This document shows positions 58,203-64,000 of a stretch of DNA of 64,000 nucleotides, one piece after another. The notes beneath the pieces were generated by a model that was given only the letters and a program-made list of their open reading frames with translations, searched no databases and had not been told where the DNA came from. The position numbers were made by a program, and so were the translations under genes. Origin of the DNA: the human T2T-CHM13v2.0 reference genome, Homo sapiens; assembly GCF_009914755.1 (NCBI RefSeq), contig NC_060933.1; one strand, written 5' to 3'. Position 1 is the stretch's first letter. Every line of letters begins with the position of its first letter.

Positions 58203-58628
58203 TGTGAAAGGAAAATAAAAGTCTGGGAGCCCAATTTACTATGCCAAAGGAAAAAAAAATTAAGCTGAAAGTTGAGTCATGCAAGAAGCTGCCTTTCCTT
58301 TTGTTCCTAAGCAGATAGCTACAGATAAAATGTTACCTATCTCCATGGGCAGCAACTCTATGTTCACCTTATCTTAAGTAAAGTGCTGATTTACTGAGAT
58401 GAATACATAATTGACTATTCCCCTAGCTGCTCCTTTTCTCTTGCAACATGTGGATTCAGTAATGTGACCATACCTTTCCCCTTTCCCCTCCAGCCTGCTT
58501 TTCCCGTTTCAATTCTAAAACCCTCTTTGGAGAAAGGCACAGACCTGTCTACTAGGCGTGTCCTTAAACCTTGGCAAAATAAACTTCTAACTTGATTGAG
58601 ACCTGTCTTTGATACTTTTTGGTTTACA
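58203..58628 (+). mobile_element. ERV1 solo LTR, MER4D-like
   Basis: TG...CA termini, 4-bp TSD CTAG (58199-58202 and 58629-58632), AATAAA at ~58578; 5' end TGTGAAAGGAAAATAAAA is typical of the MER4 group. Confidence 0.85.
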
Positions 58629-61600
58629 CTAGAAGAAAAAATGAGAAAAAGACAAAAGAAAATGTTACTGATGCCATTAACTGTGTAGGCCTAGAAACAA
58701 ACTACAATGAACTGAAATGAATCCAGGAAAAAGGCTACTCCATCATCTGACTTCTCAACTGTAGGTGAGGGCAAGAAAACAAAAATTCAGAAGACAGTCC
58801 TTAATTCCCTTCTTATCTCCTCTATGTGGGGATCTCTGAATTAGAAACTAAGCTGTTATTTGTAATACAAGGTTTTCATTTTCATAGCAAACTTAGGTTT
58901 TCTAGTTGGAGAAATCTATTATTTGTCTTATGTCACTGGAAACTTTTAAGGATTCCTTGTTTACTTGGTGGGGGGTGGGGGGGCAGGGAAACAGTTGCTT
59001 GAATCTAAGGCAAAAATATAAATCGTTCTCAGTGGAAAAAATATACAGGCATTTCATTCATAGATAGCTTGGATCCATGCACTGTATCTAAACAAATAAG
59101 TATTTTTGAAGTTGGAAGTATAAAGCAGACATTGATTATTTAAAATTCTTACTTCTTGTCTCAAATCATTGCAACATTTACTCACTGAATAAATATTTGA
59201 GAGCCCCTCTATGCCCTTTATGTATCTCATGGCAGTGGAGGAGATGGACATCAATCCCATAATTTAAATACAGAGCAGTCAATACTAAACTAGCAAGAGA
59301 CGATGTAGTGGACACTGAAGAGTGAATGAGTCATTCTGGAGATAGATGGGGAGGCAGAAGGAAAGATTATCTAGAAGAGGTATCACCTGAACTGAGCCTT
59401 AGAGTAGAAGTATGTCAAAAAGAATTTCAGCCAGAGGGAAGAGTACAGACAAAAGGGCTTGCTGGCTGTGGGTATTTAACTGTGTCTTAGGAGTGGGTTA
59501 GTTGAGGTAGTGGGAGATGAGGAGAGCCACAATGAACACAAACATGCAATTCTGGAGTTAGATTGACCTGAGGAGTCCTTCTGTAGGGAGGCTGTGGGCA
59601 TGGATGCGATTGCAGAGGACAGGATATGAAGAGAGACTGGAATCTGCAGTAGATATCTTTCTGGCTGTCTGCTCAGCCCACACCAATCTTTTCTTTGAGA
59701 GCAGCCACTGCCCTGCCTGTGGGGCACTATGTTTACACTGCTAGACAAGTTGACTGGACCAGGGACAGATAATGGCCACTGCTGACGGGACTGGAAAAAG
59801 GCACTGGTTTAATGCAATTCTCTCTATTGCCAAGATTTCACAGGGCTTGCTAACTTCGGATGAGAGTGAGCTGTGAGGTGACTAGTGAGATGGCTTTGTT
59901 CCTGAAAAGCAAAGGATATTTGTCTAGGTGGTAGTGGTGATCATGAGGGTTAGGGGATGAAGTAAAGCAGAGGTACTATGCTTCATGGCTTCAGAGGGGC
60001 TGAGAGTAGTTCCTGTGGCTCCTGATGACTCCTGCCATCCCTCCTGAATCCCAACTCTTCCATGTTTCTCTGTGTTCCATGCTCTAACCCAGTTTCTTTC
60101 CAATAACTTCCATTCAGGGCTTGAGCTAGTTAAGTTTGATGAGTTTCTCTTACTTACCATAAAAAAAAAAAATTGACTATGACAGACCTTAATGAAAGCC
60201 TGCCTATATTTAGAGATCAGGAAGAACAAGAAGAGATAGAAAAAAGGTACCCTAGGAGCAAAGGAAAATATGGACAGTACAATGCCAGGGAAGTCAAGGA
60301 AACAAAGAGCTGTACTAAACAGAGAGCAGTCAACAGTATGGAGAAACTGAGGCTATGAACTGAGAACAGGCTGAGGGACGAGGCAAAAGGCAGAGCTGGG
60401 ACTACTGCCTCTGTGCAAAATTTAGGCAGGTGCCAAAACACTCAATCGATATAAATATTTTAATACAAACTTTAAAAATCAAAATACAAAATTAATGCAA
60501 GAAAAAGTTTTAAACAGATGACTATCACTAGAATTTTCCTTTTGCCTCAAGGCTCCAATAATGGCCTGGTATGGCAATCATACTAATCTTGTCACTAATC
60601 ATCTAAAGACAACTTCAAGAACATGGAGGGAAGGAGGTAGATTTCAAAATGTCAAGAAAAAGGTAGGAACAACTGCTAGAGACTATTCTTTCCAATATGT
60701 TTGATGAGAGAACCTCCATTTTGCAAGTGAGGAAACTGAATCACAGGGAAATGATTACCCAAGGTCATACGAATTGAGAACACATGAAGAAAGTGAGAAT
60801 CAAACCTGGTTTCTTGCCCTTTTCGACTCCACAGTGGGCTTAGCTTAGTGGAGGAGATCTGTGGTATGTTCGCACACGTCAGTGGAAGGAATTCCAGCAA
60901 ATTAATTGGGTGTCAGCAGTACTTCTATAATGAAGCATTTCCACAGGCAAAACAGGCAAGGTGAATTTTCTAGAAATTCGTAAGGGCAAGCTATAGACAA
61001 ACTGGAGCTCTAAGAAGCTACAGGAAGAGCACTGTGGACATGACAGAGATGATGGTCTTTTCCAAGGTCTGAGGAAAAGGTCACCAGAAATCCTGGGTAT
61101 TGGAAACTATGAAATAATTGTTTTTCCAACCAAAAAATGAGCATCAAAAAGCATTAAAGTGAGGCCTGAAGGATACTGAGTACGGTTTTGGCATTAGGAA
61201 GATTAACTGTGCAACACGAGACTTCATGGTCTTTGCAATTTACTTGTTCTGAACAGTTCATGGTTCAAAGTTGTATTAAGCTGAAACTTTTATAACTAAA
61301 AATAGCTGCCAACTTCTAATATCTTCACAGCGACAATGGGGTGGGAAAAAAGAAGGCTCACAGGATCTAGTCTTTGGAGGAAAAATCATCTCTGAATCCC
61401 CCCTGGGTAATTCATCTGAAAATGGTAAATGGGCAAAGTACGAAGCCCTCAGCTCTTTTGTCTGAAGAGAGCTGTGAACGCTGTAATTTCTCCTACATGG
61501 GTAAAATTTCAGTGCTTCAGTGCTTAAAGGGGTATCAAGAGATCATCTACTCCAACCTAAGGAATGAACACTAGCATACTTCCATAAGTAAGGCATTCAC

Positions 61601-62267
61601 TACCTCACAACTACATAACAGCTTGGACTATTATTAAGTTCTTCCTTATTCTAACTTGAAATCTTTCACCCTGTAACTTTCTGCCTACTAGACCTAACTC
61701 CGCTCTCTGAGGCCCCATGGGACAATCTTTCACAGAAGACAACAACATGGTCCCCTAAGCTTTCTCTTTCATGCAGTAACTATTTACTGAGGAAGCCAAC
61801 ATTCGTGTTCCCTTTAAAAGTATTTCATAGGGCATGTCTTTCTGACACCTATCTTCATTATCTTCCTCCACATTTTTATGTCCGAGTTCTTTTTAAATAC
61901 AGCCGCTACATTGTAATAGTGAAAAGTTGGGCAACCTAAATACTAATCTATAGGAGAGGAGAATGATTAAGTAAACTAACATACATATACAATGGAATAA
62001 GCAATCACTTAAAAAGGATAAGACACATCTCAAAAACCACTGTTTTTTAAAGCCGTAACATATATACATATGAACATACACATGCATGCTTTGGTATATA
62101 CATGGATAAAACTTTGGAAGCAAATTTACCAAACTATTATCAGTGATTATTAGGGTAGAGAGGGAGAATGAAGGGCACAGAGGACAGACAAGAGGACATT
62201 TTTACTCTATTTTCTCTTTAGCACAAGTATGTACTACTTTTGTGCTAAAAACATCAATATGTAAATA

Positions 62268-62304
62268 TGTACTGACACTGGAATATTTGTACTGACACTG
62301 GAAT
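62268..62304. repeat. Short tandem duplication, period 20 (TGTACTGACACTGGAAT x2)
   Basis: Seen directly. Confidence 0.85.
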
Positions 62305-63529
62305 GTTTCTTTATTGCTGAATGAAAAAAGCAGACATTAACCTTTTCTCTCCACCAGGAATATAAATTTCAAAGACAGGGACTATGTCCTGCGTACTCTT
62401 ATATCCTAAGACTTAGCAAAGTAGGTGCTCAGAAATACTGTTGAATGGGTATATGTATGAATGAATGAATGGCACCTATATGTTTGTCATATTAGAAATT
62501 ATGACACTGGTTTCAGAGTTTCAAGATACTTCCCAGATGTCACACTTGCTAGATACCACTCTGATCAGAGGCAGGAGGTAGTAGAAAGAATATTAGATGA
62601 GGAGTAAGAATTTAGTCTTAACTATAATATTACTGAAGGAGCCTTAGCAGAGTCATTTAACTCCTTTATCTAATTTCATAACTGCATTTTTACAGTAACT
62701 TTCCTACATGAGCTTGAACATCTCCAGTGATAAAGAGCTTACTTCCTTATTTGATGCTAAAATATAATTCCCTGCAATGAAGACATCCTGGTCTTAATAT
62801 AATCTGTGAACACTGAGCAACCTGCCCAAGCCTGCTCCCTCCCGTTTTCCACCAAGAGTTTGACAACCTTTGGAGTTTAATACCCCTAGTCCCACAACTG
62901 ATTTATATATCATTTCCCCATCACAGTGGGTGGCCATCTGCCTTTCCTCTGGACATATTCTTGCTTGGAAATGCCACATGAAAATATCATGCTCAGAATC
63001 TACTGTGGCTTGATGAGTACAGGAAAGAGAGGGAAATCATTCTTCCCACTCCCTTTTGGATACTACGTTTTAAATGAATGCAATAGAATTTATTACCTTT
63101 CGGGTATAAAGTATACACTCTACAACTGCATAAAAGATAATGGGTTAATATTATTGATCAGTCCTGAGTGTATAGTAACTCAAACCTCTCAGTCCTTTTT
63201 ATTTTCTACTGCTAAGCTGGCTGATTCACATCCTGTAATGGTAAGCTAGGTCTTTGCACGAAACACAGACTTGTTTATTGCCTTGAGTCACTGTGATGTT
63301 CCTGCCTATTGAAATATGGGCTTTCCCTCTTAGCTCTGGGACATCAAAAGAAGCCTACCGCCTGTATTACACATCTGTACTCCCCACCTTCATACAAAAT
63401 TGGTGAGGATTAAGCTAGGCCTGTGATCTCAGGCTGGTCACTAATTTCTCTATCAAAACCTAGTACAGTATATAGTGATTAAGAGCGTGGGCTGTGAAGT
63501 CAAACTGCCTGGATTAAAACCTGAGCTTT

Positions 63530-63832
<303 letters not shown>

Positions 63833-64000
63833 TTAAATCTCAGCTTTAACATTTACTGAATGTGTCATATTGCTTAATCTACATGTCTTAGTCTATATTG
63901 CTTAGTCTCTCCATGCCTCAGTTCTTCAGCTATAAACTGGGGATAACAATAGTACTTTTATCACATCGTAACTGTGAGGACTGAGTTATTACATGTAATG

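Noticed and set aside
62217-62250. 10-bp inverted repeat TTTAGCACAA...TTGTGCTAAA
   Set aside because: Short, AT-rich and in probable old L1 debris; compatible with chance.

Overview
Human genomic DNA: Alu/L1/L2/MIR-rich, with a human-specific AluYa5. The window holds the 3' part of NR6A1 (GCNF, germ cell nuclear factor) on the minus strand. Eight coding exons (exons 3-10 in the usual numbering) splice in frame with GT-AG boundaries into the C4 zinc-finger DBD, hinge and LBD, ending ...KTSVGKE-stop at 10940. A ~5.4 kb 3'UTR follows, ending at an AATAAA at 5530-5535. Exons 1-2 lie beyond the right edge. From my knowledge of the 9q33.3 locus, bases 1 to ~5500 are the intergenic region upstream of the tandem gene NR5A1 (SF-1), which is not itself in the window. 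The most notable observations are: (i) a near-full-length miR-181 complementary site just after the stop codon; (ii) 8mer sites for all three members of the miR-100/let-7/miR-125 cluster and for miR-10, plus several miR-196 7mer sites, some overlapping let-7 sites; (iii) DR0/SF-1 elements and an E-box-GATA module upstream of NR5A1; (iv) a CFTR-like (TG)6T12 acceptor and two tandem acceptors; (v) a 117-bp local duplication. The long ORFs of the supplied track outside NR6A1 exons are spurious or Alu-derived.
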